32,000 nucleotides of DNA from Candidatus Saccharimonadota bacterium (GCA_016700135.1 CP065004.1:990001-1022000); one strand, 5' to 3'; positions 16,499 through 26,309 are shown, counted from the first letter of the stretch. A program made the numbers and translations. The notes: generated by a model not told the origin, from the sequence alone.

Positions 16499-17724
16499 CT
16501 GCAGTGTTCATACGGACAAAGTACCGCATCGCAACACACCTTTTCTCCGCGAAGAATCTTGAGAATCCGGTTGTAATTTCGAAGTAATGAGCCTTTCAGG
16601 TACCAAAGATCGTTTTTTCTCAGTGTTCTTTTCAAAATGTCAGCGGCTTCAAATACATCTTTTGCATATCCGATTTTATTTTCAGGGAAACCTCTTTTAA
16701 TTGCTTCATTTATGGTGAATTTCCGGAGCGGCCCGATGCAAAGGACGTAATCAAAATGCATTGCGGCTATCTGCTCACCCGTTTTCCGATGTTCTTTTTC
16801 AGGGTCTGCAAGCTCTCCCATCTCTCCTATCACCGCGATTTTTCGCCCTTTTGAGTACTCCATCAGTTCGAGACTCTCGAGACCGGCCTTAGTGCTTCCC
16901 GGGCTGGCACGGAGGGAATCGTTGAGAAGAACAGTTCCCAAAGGACCGTCTTCGACACTCATTCTCCCCTGAAGCGGCTTCATATCCCTGACGACTTTCA
17001 CAAACGTTGCAGTGATATCCCGATCAAGTACGGCAGCACGGACCATCAGATAAGCATTCATAATATTGTAAAAATGAAACGCTCCGATCAGTCCTGTTCT
17101 CATTTCTATTGCACGGGAAGTATTTCCTTCATTGAGATAACAAGTTGCCGATGTCCCCGCGAGGGTCAGCTTGATTGATTTGGGATCCGTCCACATGGTG
17201 CAATCAGGCGTCATCCCGAACCACTGGACCGCTGCTTTAGTATGATTGGCCATTCCTTTTGTATATTCATTATCATGATTCAAAATTGCTGTTCCGCTTT
17301 TGGGAAGGTGTTCTATGATTTTCCGTTTTTCCCTGATAAGAGTTTCCAGTGAACCCATATGTTCTTCATCGGTATGCACGGCTGAGATCCCGGTAATACA
17401 CGCAATAGAAGGATGTGCGATTTCATGATGGTGATCCATTTCCCCCGGGTGATCAATCCCCAGCTCCCAAACGACGTACTTGGTCCACGGGCGGACTTTG
17501 AGTGCCGTGATCGGGACATTGAATGTCGTATCGAGGCTGATATCAGTACGTACCGTCGGACCGAACTGTTCCAATACCTGTGTGACAAGGCCCGTTGTAT
17601 TAGTCTTGCCCTGACTACCAGTGATCGCAAGCTGCACAGGATGAAATTGATTGAGCCATACTGCGGCAAGGTTGCGTTTGAGCGTATGGTAGATTTTTTT
17701 AATTCCCTGAGGCTGATATGACAT
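16495..17724 (-). CDS. Mur ligase family protein, MurF-like, without the usual N-terminal domain and with a Cys-rich tail
   Basis: Has the P-loop ITGSQGKTNTT plus NHDNE, LNDSLRASPGS (compare DDxYNANPxS), VIGEMGELAD (compare GDMxELG) and YLKGSLL. It ends with CCDAVLCPYEHCS. Start set at MSYQ, 1 nt after the cysS stop. Confidence 0.65.
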   Translation of the reverse strand: MSYQPQGIKKIYHTLKRNLAAVWLNQFHPVQLAITGSQGKTNTTGLVTQVLEQFGPTVRTDISLDTTFNVPITALKVRPWTKYVVWELGIDHPGEMDHHHEIAHPSIACITGISAVHTDEEHMGSLETLIREKRKIIEHLPKSGTAILNHDNEYTKGMANHTKAAVQWFGMTPDCTMWTDPKSIKLTLAGTSATCYLNEGNTSRAIEMRTGLIGAFHFYNIMNAYLMVRAAVLDRDITATFVKVVRDMKPLQGRMSVEDGPLGTVLLNDSLRASPGSTKAGLESLELMEYSKGRKIAVIGEMGELADPEKEHRKTGEQIAAMHFDYVLCIGPLRKFTINEAIKRGFPENKIGYAKDVFEAADILKRTLRKNDLWYLKGSLLRNYNRILKILRGEKVCCDAVLCPYEHCS

Positions 17725-17725
17725 A

Positions 17726-19153
17726 TTATTTTTTCTTAATCTGATACCCTTCTGCAGAATCCTCAATTTGATATCCCGCTTCTTCAATTTGTGTGCGCAG
17801 ATCATCTGATTTCTGAAAGTCCTTCTCTTCCCGTGCCTTTAGTCTTTCATCAGCCAGTTTCCGTATTTCATCGGGAATTTCTACGACTGTTGTGACAGGC
17901 TGATCTAAATTGAGCCCGAGTATCTCATCTGCAATCTGAAGTAAATAGAATTTATCTGGATTCGGCACAGCATTTGACCGAAGCATATACCAGAGGTTTC
18001 CTAACGCTGTTGTGACATTCAGATCATTTCCGATATTGCCCTCAAACTGCTCAAGGAAAAAGAGTGCTCCGCCTGACAGATTGTCACGGTTGTCAACGCG
18101 GTTTTCCCCTACTGATTCTTCAAGGTCATTATAAATCTGATGCAGTTCAGTAAATGAGCTGTACGATGCTTGCGCCGCTTCCCAGGTAAAGTTCATCGGT
18201 TTACGGTAATGAGCCTGCATGAAAAAGAGTCTCAGAGAAAGCGGATCAATTTCATGTGCTTCGATATCTTTCAGTGTGTAAAAATTCCCTTTCGATTTAC
18301 TCATTTTCTCTCCATCTACCTGCAAGAATGCGTGATGCACCCACCATTTCACAAACGGTTTTCCCGTTGCGGCTTCTGATTGGGCGATTTCGTTTTCGTG
18401 GTGGACCGGGATGTGGTCGATTCCGCCGGTATGAATATCAATAGTTTCCGTGTCCAGTCCTTTCATGCTCATGGCACTACACTCGATATGCCATCCGGGA
18501 AAACCGTCACCCCACGGGCTTTCCCAATGCATGGTATGATCGGCAAACCGTCCCACCCTCTTGAACCAGAGAGCAAAGTCTGCCGGATTCCTTTTTCCTT
18601 TGTCGACATAGACTTCTTCCCGAACAGCCTGTTTCTTCTCATCGAGCTTTTGTCCCGAAAGTTTGCCGTAGTCAGCAAATTTTGTCACGTCAAAATACAA
18701 CGCTTCGTCGGTTTCATAGGTATATCCTTTCTCTTCCAGTTTTTTTATGATAGAGACCATCTCCTCAATGTTCTGAGTGGCATGCAGGACTTCAATGTCC
18801 TTTTTAAAGACGTTTAAAGCAGCCATCGTATGCCAGAACTGTTCTTCATATTCCTGAGCGACATCCCAAACTGTTTTACCTCTTTTTATAGCACCTTTTT
18901 CCAGCTTGTCCTCTCCTGAGTCATCGTCTCCAGTAAGATGTCCGACGTCGGTAATATTCATCACGTGACGGACCTCATGCCCGAAGTATTGTAATGTCCG
19001 TTTCAGGACATCATCCATGACATATCGCCGCATGTGTCCGATATGAGTGTCGTCATATACGGTCGGTCCGCAGGAGTACATCGTGATGACCGGTTTTTCG
19101 GAAGGAGGAGGAAGCTGTTGTTTGTCACGGCTCAGTGTATCGTAGAGTTTCAT
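17726..19153 (-). CDS. cysS: Cysteine--tRNA ligase
   Basis: Class I aaRS with HIGH (THIGHMR) and KMSKS motifs, and the CysRS Zn context (MYSCGPTVYD, GWHIECS). Confidence 0.95.
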   Translation of the reverse strand: MKLYDTLSRDKQQLPPPSEKPVITMYSCGPTVYDDTHIGHMRRYVMDDVLKRTLQYFGHEVRHVMNITDVGHLTGDDDSGEDKLEKGAIKRGKTVWDVAQEYEEQFWHTMAALNVFKKDIEVLHATQNIEEMVSIIKKLEEKGYTYETDEALYFDVTKFADYGKLSGQKLDEKKQAVREEVYVDKGKRNPADFALWFKRVGRFADHTMHWESPWGDGFPGWHIECSAMSMKGLDTETIDIHTGGIDHIPVHHENEIAQSEAATGKPFVKWWVHHAFLQVDGEKMSKSKGNFYTLKDIEAHEIDPLSLRLFFMQAHYRKPMNFTWEAAQASYSSFTELHQIYNDLEESVGENRVDNRDNLSGGALFFLEQFEGNIGNDLNVTTALGNLWYMLRSNAVPNPDKFYLLQIADEILGLNLDQPVTTVVEIPDEIRKLADERLKAREEKDFQKSDDLRTQIEEAGYQIEDSAEGYQIKKK

Positions 19154-19159
19154 ACGGAT

Positions 19160-19165
19160 ATTATA
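19160..19165 (-). promoter_or_regulatory. -10 hexamer TATAAT placed 6 nt before the cysS ATG (leaderless-type promoter)
   Basis: The minus strand reads TATAAT ATCCGT ATG. Confidence 0.4.
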
Positions 19166-19234
19166 AAGCTTTGACGTTTACATTGCCATAACCTATGGAT
19201 GTTATAATAAAAGAGGTTTCCAGTTTCATTTGCT

Positions 19235-20293
19235 ATGCAAAACAGGTATACGTTTGTGCTGCTCTTTAGTACTCTTCTCAATATTATTCTTGCTGCCCTC
19301 GTGGGTTATTTTTACTTTTATAACATCGAACTTGCGACACCTGTCCCCCTTTCTGAACAAGAAGTAAAGAATTACCCTTTGAACGATTACGCCTATGATG
19401 TTTTGAAAAAGGAAACATTCACCCCGCAACAGATGACTTTCGGCGAGGTGCTGTCTGAAAATGACGAATTTGAGACGCGGATGTTTTACTATGAAGTGGA
19501 TGATCGAAAAGTAAGCGGACTGGCGCATCTTCCCATTGAGGGAACGAAACATCCCGTGATAGTGATGGTGCGGGGATTTGTTGACCATGATATCTATGCC
19601 CCCGGAGTGGGAACAAGGCGGGCATCGGAAGTATTTGCACGGGCAGGATATGTCACTCTTGCACCGGACTTTCTCGGATACGGGGAATCGGATCAGGCAT
19701 CGGCAGTACCGCTTGAGGATCGATTTCAGACCTATCCGACAGTCCTTCAGCTTTTGGCCAATATTGAAAAATTGAATGAATCATTACTAAAGCTGGATTC
19801 CCGATCGGGGTCGGGAATGACAAACTATGCCGATGAAAACAGTGTCGGCATCTGGGGACACAGCAACGGTGGCCAGATTACTCTCTCAGTTCTGGAAATT
19901 ACGGGAAAATCGTATCCTACCGTGCTCTGGGCGCCTGTTACCAAACCCTTCCCCTACTCCGTGTTGTACTTTACCGACGAGTTTGATGACAACGGACGAT
20001 ACCTGAGGCGGGTCATTGCCGATTTTGAAGATGACTACGATATTGAACGCTTCACTCTTTCAAATTACCTGTCATGGATACAAGCACCGATCCAGCTCCA
20101 TCAGGGCGGTGCCGATGACGCCGTGCCGATTGAGTGGTCTACCGAGTTTGTGGATGCCGCAGAAGAGGAAGATATTGATATCGAATATTTTACGTATCCT
20201 TCGGCTGATCACAATCTTATGCCTGACTGGAGTACAGCCGTTGAGAGATCACTCTCATTCTTCAATAATCACCTGCAGTCGTCATCGCAATAA
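19235..20293 (+). CDS. Alpha/beta hydrolase (S9 prolyl-oligopeptidase / dienelactone-hydrolase-like) with N-terminal TM anchor
   Basis: Has the nucleophile elbow GHSNGG, plus a late Asp (GGADD) and His (ADHNL) consistent with a Ser-Asp-His triad. Confidence 0.75.
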   Translation: MQNRYTFVLLFSTLLNIILAALVGYFYFYNIELATPVPLSEQEVKNYPLNDYAYDVLKKETFTPQQMTFGEVLSENDEFETRMFYYEVDDRKVSGLAHLPIEGTKHPVIVMVRGFVDHDIYAPGVGTRRASEVFARAGYVTLAPDFLGYGESDQASAVPLEDRFQTYPTVLQLLANIEKLNESLLKLDSRSGSGMTNYADENSVGIWGHSNGGQITLSVLEITGKSYPTVLWAPVTKPFPYSVLYFTDEFDDNGRYLRRVIADFEDDYDIERFTLSNYLSWIQAPIQLHQGGADDAVPIEWSTEFVDAAEEEDIDIEYFTYPSADHNLMPDWSTAVERSLSFFNNHLQSSSQ

Positions 20294-20379
20294 TGAGATT
20301 GCGAAAAAAAACGGATACCAGTTTATAAAATACGGCAAGAAGCGAACGGTTATTAAGAAGGGGTTTTCGGTAAGATGTG

Positions 20380-20452
20380 TCGGGACGACTGGACTTGAAC
20401 CAGCGACCTCACGGTCCCGAACCGTGTGTTCTACCATCTGAACTACGTCCCG
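20380..20452 (-). tRNA. tRNA-Pro (anticodon CGG)
   Basis: Hand-folded 73-nt cloverleaf: acceptor CGGGACG/CGTCCCG, D arm GTTC-AGATGGTA-GAAC, anticodon arm CACGG-TTCGGGA-CCGTG (CGG with G37), variable loop AGGTC, T arm GCTGG-TTCAAGT-CCAGT, discriminator A. CCA is not encoded. Confidence 0.9.
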
Positions 20453-20492
20453 TATCTGATATTATACTGCAGAGAAAGGCAAATAAGAAGGA

Positions 20493-21038
20493 TTATTGTT
20501 TGCCCGCGTCAGGTCTGAACTCCGGCGGAAGTTCTGTTGTAGCTTTCTGTCTTTCTCCACCGAGAATACTTTTTCTTTTTTTTCCTTTCGGTGCTTCGAG
20601 TGGTGCTTGTTGCTCTTGTTCTTCCATTCTCTTTTTCTCTGCTTCCATCAATGCTTCCTGACGTTTTTCTTCCTCTTCTTCCTGTTCCTGCCTTAAGTTA
20701 TATTCCTCCTCTTCGCGCTGTACCCGTTTGTGATATTCGGTTTGAGTTTTTTTCTCATCAGCTGCGTCTGCCGCTTCGGGATTTATTAGTCTCTGCAATC
20801 GCTGAATTTCCTCCTGGTCATTCTGTTCGTATGCTTGATTCAGTTTTTGTACGTCAAGATCCGTAAATGAGTCATTACCTTTTTCCCGTTCTTTTTGTGT
20901 TTCATCATTGAAAAGTGATCCGAAGAAAAGGGTATCAACCGTTTCCTGGGCAGCTTTTTGAGCCGTTTCTTTTCCGAACTCATATAATTGCTCAAGCGTT
21001 TTTTCCTGATGTATAGGTTTAGGGTTATTTTTTGACAT
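20493..21038 (-). CDS. Hypothetical Glu/Lys-rich low-complexity (coiled-coil-like) protein
   Basis: 181-aa ORF in a co-directional context. It has a strongly charged repetitive composition (EEEEYNLRQEQEEEEEKRQE). Confidence 0.5.
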   Translation of the reverse strand: MSKNNPKPIHQEKTLEQLYEFGKETAQKAAQETVDTLFFGSLFNDETQKEREKGNDSFTDLDVQKLNQAYEQNDQEEIQRLQRLINPEAADAADEKKTQTEYHKRVQREEEEYNLRQEQEEEEEKRQEALMEAEKKRMEEQEQQAPLEAPKGKKRKSILGGERQKATTELPPEFRPDAGKQ

Positions 21039-21041
21039 AGG

Positions 21042-21380
21042 TCATATTCCGAGCATTGCTTTCGCCCGTTCACTCATCCTGTCGATCGACCAGGGCGGAT
21101 CAAAAGTAAGTTCAATTTCGACTGTATCCTGTGACAAACCGATCATTTCCAGATTGTGGTATATTTCATCCTGAATCGTATCAAACAGCGGACATCCGAG
21201 TGAAGTGAGGGTCATAAGTATATGAACCTTTTCATTTTTGACGTCGACATTGTATACTAATCCTAAATCGGTGATGGACATATTCAGTTCGGGATCCATG
21301 ACATCATTCAATTTATCAAGAATCTGTTCGGAAGTAGGCATAATATCTTGTTTCTGAATAAATTTACGAAAATTTGACAT
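21042..21380 (-). CDS. DUF59 / SufT-like Fe-S cluster assembly protein
   Basis: Carries VMDPELNMSITDLGLVYNVDV and LTSLGCPL, typical of MIP18/DUF59 proteins. The start is uncertain: ATG at 21380 has TATACT 4 nt upstream, and ATG at 21341 is also possible. Confidence 0.75.
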   Translation of the reverse strand: MSNFRKFIQKQDIMPTSEQILDKLNDVMDPELNMSITDLGLVYNVDVKNEKVHILMTLTSLGCPLFDTIQDEIYHNLEMIGLSQDTVEIELTFDPPWSIDRMSERAKAMLGI

Positions 21381-21503
21381 TTTTAGTATACCATGAGGAT
21401 GCTTGCTCATGTTGAAAGTGCGGCATGATAGATCGTACCGTTTTTTTAGCATAAGCAAGCGAGATTGACGCTTGTGTCTTTACAATTTACAACCATAATT
21501 CAT

Positions 21504-23177
21504 ATGGACGAATATAAAGTACGGTTTATCCCTCTTGGCGGGGTTGTCGGAGTTACCAAAAACATGTATGTATACGAGTTGTATCAGAATGATCAGCTCA
21601 CGGATATTCTTATTGTCGATTGCGGTATGGGTTTCCCCGATGCCAAAGAATTCGGTGTTGATTTGATCATTCCGGATATTTCTTATCTTGAGGACAAGCT
21701 GGATAAGATCCGCGCTATACTGATCACGCACGGACATGAAGATCACATCGGTGCGATTCCGTTTCATTATGACAAACTGGGAGCTCCTCAGATCTATGCG
21801 CCGAAACTGGCAAAAGTGTTTATTCAGAACAAATTCAAAGAGTTCAATCAGCCGATCCATATCAATGATATTGAGTTTAAAAAATGGATTAAACTCGGCG
21901 GATTTGAAGCGAAATTTATTCACATGACGCACTCCATACCGGATGCGACTCACATCCTGATCAAATCCCCTGTCGGCGTGATGTATCACGGACCCGACTT
22001 CAAACTTGACCTTACTCCTCCATACTCCAAAGCGCCTGATTTTTATGAGATTCTCCAGGCTGGTCATGACGGGATCACCTGTTTGTTCTCCGATGCATTG
22101 GGAGCCGAGCGCGAAGGATTGACTTTGTCCGAATCAATTGTCGGACAGACATTCGAAAACGAAATGCGAAGTACGAAGGGAAAATTTATTATGACAACCT
22201 TCTCATCAAATATATCAAGAATAAAACAGTGTGTAGATGCCGCAATCAAATTTAACAGAAAAGTAATATTCCTCGGCCGCTCAATGAAACAAAATACCGA
22301 CGCTGCCAAAGATTTGGGATATATGAATATACCTCATATACTGAAAGGAAAAGAAGAGGAAGCATCCAAAATACCTCCGAACAAGCTGTGCATCATCGCA
22401 GCGGGCTCTCAGGGACAGTATGACTCAGCTCTTTCCAAGATGGCAAGGCAGCAGAATAAATATATAAAAATTGCAGAGGGTGACAAGGTTGTATTCTCAT
22501 CAGATCCGATTCCGGGAAATGAGAACGAAGTATATTCTCTCATTGAAGAATTATCTCTTCAGGGAGCCGATGTGATCTACTCGGATATTCAGGACCAACT
22601 GCATGCCTCAGGTCACGGAAATCAGGAAGATCTGAAATTCCTGGCACGGTTTACCAACCCGAAATACCTGCTTCCGATAGGCGGTACAATCCGACATCAG
22701 AGATCGTATGAACGGCTGATGACTGAGGATCTTGATTTCAAGAAAGAACAGTTGTTCCTCATAAATGAAGGTGATACGGTATGGTTTACGAAAACGGAAG
22801 CATACAAAGGAGATACGGTTGAGACAAAGAACGTCTATGTTGATGCCTACGGCGTGGGTGATATCGGCAACGTGGTCCTTCGGGACAGACAAACCCTGTC
22901 TTCCGAAGGTATGGTTGTCGGTGTGGTTGTCATCAATCAAAGCGGGCAGCTGATCGCCGCACCGAAGTTCTTTTCACGAGGATTTGTCTTTGAAAAAAAT
23001 GAAGAAGATCTTTTCGGAAAGGCAGGCCGATTAGTTGAAAAATCACTCGATAAATCAAAAGGTGCAGTCATGGATACGGACAATTACAAACGGAAAATCG
23101 GACGGGAGCTTGAAGACTTTTTCTTCCAGGAACGGGGAAGACGGCCTTTGGTTCTTGTTGATATGATCCAAGTCTAG
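21504..23177 (+). CDS. rnj: Ribonuclease J
   Basis: Has the metallo-beta-lactamase motif ITHGHEDHIGA, a beta-CASP region and a C-terminal domain. The N-terminus reads VRFIPLGGVVGVTKNMYVYE. Start set at MDEYK. Confidence 0.92.
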   Translation: MDEYKVRFIPLGGVVGVTKNMYVYELYQNDQLTDILIVDCGMGFPDAKEFGVDLIIPDISYLEDKLDKIRAILITHGHEDHIGAIPFHYDKLGAPQIYAPKLAKVFIQNKFKEFNQPIHINDIEFKKWIKLGGFEAKFIHMTHSIPDATHILIKSPVGVMYHGPDFKLDLTPPYSKAPDFYEILQAGHDGITCLFSDALGAEREGLTLSESIVGQTFENEMRSTKGKFIMTTFSSNISRIKQCVDAAIKFNRKVIFLGRSMKQNTDAAKDLGYMNIPHILKGKEEEASKIPPNKLCIIAAGSQGQYDSALSKMARQQNKYIKIAEGDKVVFSSDPIPGNENEVYSLIEELSLQGADVIYSDIQDQLHASGHGNQEDLKFLARFTNPKYLLPIGGTIRHQRSYERLMTEDLDFKKEQLFLINEGDTVWFTKTEAYKGDTVETKNVYVDAYGVGDIGNVVLRDRQTLSSEGMVVGVVVINQSGQLIAAPKFFSRGFVFEKNEEDLFGKAGRLVEKSLDKSKGAVMDTDNYKRKIGRELEDFFFQERGRRPLVLVDMIQV

Positions 23178-23185
23178 TCTTCACT

Positions 23186-23824
23186 ATGGCAAGCAAACTC
23201 CCGAAATCATTACAAAAGGTATCTTTATTTCTTGAGAGACTGCCAGGAATCGGAGAAAAATCAGCCAACAGGCTGGCTTTTTACTTACTCCGAATGCCTG
23301 AAGGAGATCTGAAGGATTTTGCGGAAAACGTCTCCGAACTCAAAGTCAGAACCAAACGGTGTAAAGTCTGTATGAACCTGACTGAACAGGAACTGTGCGG
23401 TATCTGCGAAGATCCTTCAAGAGACAGATCGCAAATCACGGTTGTTGAAGATGTACTGGATTTATTGTCGATGGAGACCGGGAATATTTACAGCGGGATG
23501 TATCATGTTCTGCACGGTCGAATAGATCCGCTGAATCATATCGGACCCGAAAATATTTTCATTGACCAGCTGTTTGAACGTGTCAGAGATGAAACGAAAA
23601 ACTTAGATACTCCTGTCAAAGAAATCATTCTTGCTACCAATCCTGATATGGAAGGCGAAGCAACTGCCATGTACATCCGGAATAAACTGCAGGAACTTAT
23701 CTCGTCAAAGAATCTCGATTGTACCGTCTCCCGTCTAGGATACGGAATGCCGATGGGTGGCAACCTCGAGTTTGCTGACTACATGACACTGAGAAAAGCC
23801 CTTGAAAACAGGCGAGGTATGTAA
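23186..23824 (+). CDS. recR: Recombination protein RecR
   Basis: Has the HhH segment (LPGIGEKSANRLAFYLL), a C4 zinc finger (CKVCMNLTEQELCGIC) and a Toprim domain. Confidence 0.95.
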   Translation: MASKLPKSLQKVSLFLERLPGIGEKSANRLAFYLLRMPEGDLKDFAENVSELKVRTKRCKVCMNLTEQELCGICEDPSRDRSQITVVEDVLDLLSMETGNIYSGMYHVLHGRIDPLNHIGPENIFIDQLFERVRDETKNLDTPVKEIILATNPDMEGEATAMYIRNKLQELISSKNLDCTVSRLGYGMPMGGNLEFADYMTLRKALENRRGM

Positions 23825-23857
23825 AAATACAGGCGGGTATGCTATACTATAGGGCTT

Positions 23858-24778
23858 ATGAAAGAGCTCAGAAGGTTACTGCTGAACGGTATGAAAGAAC
23901 GGAGTGATCATTCTGGGTTGGTTTTTCCCGCGATGGCAGAAAGGCAGTTTGCCATTAATCGGAAAATAGCTTCAATTGTAAATCCGTCCCCCACTCACCA
24001 CCTTCTTGATATCTGTTCTGGCGCGATGGGATTGTACGATTCTGTTGAGTGTGCCTATACCGGTATGGATATTTCCCATTTATCTCTCGAAGCTCATCCG
24101 TCCGACTACGTCGTGCAGGCTGATGCAGCATCTCTACCGTTTGGGGACGATCTTTTTGATCATGCTGCTTGTGTAATGGCTTTGCACAGTTCATTTTCTA
24201 CTGCACAAACCATAGGGGAAGTATCCCGAGTCCTGAAGAGGGGCGGTGAATTTACGTTGGCGGAAAACGGAATTTCTCAGTGGATATGTAATTTGATCCT
24301 GTTAGGAAGTGATTTCGGAAAGGTTTTAAGCGAAAAAGAATATATTATGGCAGAGTCTTTTTTCAAAGAACGCACTATTGATCCGGAAGAGTACGTTGAG
24401 CTCACTTCACAGGACCTTTTCGGACAATCAGCCCGGAGATTATTTGCCGATGTGCAAATCCCTGAAAGTATCTCGAAGAAGCAAAGGCATTCTCTGAGGT
24501 ATTCCATGGTTCGTGCGATGAATGAAGCCTTTCATCGGAATGTCGAAAGTCACATTGGTCAAAACGGGCTGGTTCCGTTAAGAAAATCAATTATCCCTGT
24601 TTATGGGGATAAAGAAATATGGTCGGTCGCAGATCCGATCCCATTGGATCCGGAGATCTACACAGCTGAACAGTACCGAAAGCTCAATGAAGAGGGTTTA
24701 GATGGTGTTCCGACGCCTGCCGATCTCCGAACTGCCTCAATCCTCTATCTTTTTGTAGATACATACAGGAAGACGTAA
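23858..24778 (+). CDS. Class I SAM-dependent methyltransferase with an uncharacterised ~150-aa C-terminal region
   Basis: Motif I-like LLDICSGAMG, plus YTGMDIS, ASLPFGDDLFDHAACVMALH and LKRGGEF. The C-terminal half has no recognisable motif. Confidence 0.6.
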   Translation: MKELRRLLLNGMKERSDHSGLVFPAMAERQFAINRKIASIVNPSPTHHLLDICSGAMGLYDSVECAYTGMDISHLSLEAHPSDYVVQADAASLPFGDDLFDHAACVMALHSSFSTAQTIGEVSRVLKRGGEFTLAENGISQWICNLILLGSDFGKVLSEKEYIMAESFFKERTIDPEEYVELTSQDLFGQSARRLFADVQIPESISKKQRHSLRYSMVRAMNEAFHRNVESHIGQNGLVPLRKSIIPVYGDKEIWSVADPIPLDPEIYTAEQYRKLNEEGLDGVPTPADLRTASILYLFVDTYRKT

Positions 24779-24857
24779 TCCCTTCTTACGTTGCTTTCAT
24801 CTAAAAAGAAGATAATAAGATATCTTCTGACAAGTGTGTATTATAATTAAGTTTCTT

Positions 24858-26126
24858 ATGTCATTTAAGGACTCAGGTTCTTCTCCATTGGATGATCAGT
24901 GTATTGCAGCCGGAAATCCAGAAAAGAAGATAGTATTTTATACGATTCCCGAACATCCACTTAGCGGAGCGGGTTCAAATGGCCTAACTCCCCTTTCTGA
25001 AAAGCTTGTTCAGTTTACTTCATATGAACGGGATGTATGGTTTCTTGATCCGGTATCGACGGGTCTTGCATCGGTTTCTCCCCAAGAGTTTGCCGAGTAC
25101 TACATTCCCTCGACACCGTCTGCCGAACTTGAACGTGCCTTGCTCTACGCCGGAAATGAAACATTTGACGAATTGCATGAATATACCTGGGAGCGTATTC
25201 AGCAGATGTTTGCAGGCATCGGCGTTGAAAATTATCAGCACCATTTTCCCAATATCCAGAAAGCATTTGGTATCGTGGAAGAACTTATGAAGACAATGCC
25301 TCGCAGACGAACAGGTGAACCTTCAGTCGCGCATATCTATCGCAATGTACTGCGGATAATTGAGTTTATTGAAGGTTATAATGAGATTTATACATCACGC
25401 GATGAATCTCCGATTTTTACTCCCGAAATTGCTGAATTTTATGTCTGTGCCTCTGCAATGCATGATTTTTTGGAGGACTATTCCGAAATACCCGGTATCG
25501 GTTACCAACGGGGACGCTGTGAAGAAGTGCGGAAAACCGAGTTTGAACAGTGGGGTCAGGGTGCACATTTTTATCGGGCCATCACTCCGGATCTCCAATC
25601 TCAGCAGGAGGACAAAATACAGGAGATAACGCTTGATTTCGGGGAATATGAAAACGATATGTTTGTCTCAACTTTACTTGCTCTCAAAAGTGATAACGTA
25701 GAAGCCGGTCAATTGATGGATCATCTGGAAGGGACTGTCGGTGAGCTCCAGGGAAGATATGATCAGAGAATCATACAAAATCAGCTGTATTCCGTGGCGG
25801 CATATGTCATCAAGTGCTGCGACAGATTGGACAACAATGCCACCTATCTTTACTCCAGAGCACCTTCAGGTGAGTTGATTGCCACTCATGCAGGAAGAGT
25901 GTACAACAAGGCCTCGGAAAATCTGATTCTCTTCAATCATGTTCTTGATGTGTTGAAACGTATTGCAGGTCATGAAAACCTCTCCACAGATGAAATTGCC
26001 CGTCTGAAACCGTTCTATCTGAAGTACGATCCTACCCGCTGGTCCAAACTGGTGCTCGCCGGTGCTCCACTCAATACAATCTATCATCCGAATGAAAAAG
26101 GAAAAGGGATTGCAAAAATCCTCTAA
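24858..26126 (+). CDS. Divergent RelA/SpoT-type HD-domain protein (small-alarmone-hydrolase-like core with long N- and C-terminal extensions)
   Basis: RRRTGEPSVAHIYRNV matches the RxSGEPYxxHP region. MHDFLEDY matches LHDxxEDT. IKCCDRLDNNATYL matches KLADRLHNMRTL of RSH hydrolase domains. Start set at MSFKD, with TATAAT 10 nt upstream. Confidence 0.6.
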   Translation: MSFKDSGSSPLDDQCIAAGNPEKKIVFYTIPEHPLSGAGSNGLTPLSEKLVQFTSYERDVWFLDPVSTGLASVSPQEFAEYYIPSTPSAELERALLYAGNETFDELHEYTWERIQQMFAGIGVENYQHHFPNIQKAFGIVEELMKTMPRRRTGEPSVAHIYRNVLRIIEFIEGYNEIYTSRDESPIFTPEIAEFYVCASAMHDFLEDYSEIPGIGYQRGRCEEVRKTEFEQWGQGAHFYRAITPDLQSQQEDKIQEITLDFGEYENDMFVSTLLALKSDNVEAGQLMDHLEGTVGELQGRYDQRIIQNQLYSVAAYVIKCCDRLDNNATYLYSRAPSGELIATHAGRVYNKASENLILFNHVLDVLKRIAGHENLSTDEIARLKPFYLKYDPTRWSKLVLAGAPLNTIYHPNEKGKGIAKIL

Positions 26127-26162
26127 TATGTAAGAAATTCTGCATACTGAGCTCAATTCTAT

Positions 26163-26201
26163 TTGACTTTCTTACCTAATATTAACAAAATATGATAAAA
26201 T
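26163..26201 (+). promoter_or_regulatory. Putative promoter for the leader transcript
   Basis: Two candidate arrangements. TTGACT (26163-26168) is followed by a 17-nt spacer and CAAAAT (26186-26191). Alternatively, TAAAAT (26196-26201) lies 8 nt before the leader ATG. Confidence 0.3.
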
Positions 26202-26209
26202 AAACTTTT

Positions 26210-26284
26210 ATGGACATATCAAATCATCAAATTTCAACCCTTCGATTCGTTGCCCTTATGTATGGGGGGTTGGCGCGTTGGTGA
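26210..26284 (+). CDS. 24-codon leader ORF (MDISNHQISTLRFVALMYGGLARW) upstream of the synthetase-like gene
   Basis: Hand-translated ATG..TGA frame, too short for the ORF track. Its 3' third contains the 5' strand of a predicted antiterminator helix. Confidence 0.35.
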   Translation: MDISNHQISTLRFVALMYGGLARW

Positions 26285-26309
26285 TTTACAGTTACTAACA
26301 ACAAAAGCC

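Noticed and set aside
20016-20441. 141-aa plus-strand ORF overlapping the end of the hydrolase gene and the tRNA
   Set aside because: It runs out of frame through the alpha/beta hydrolase gene and across the tRNA-Pro gene on the opposite strand. The tRNA cloverleaf is unambiguous.
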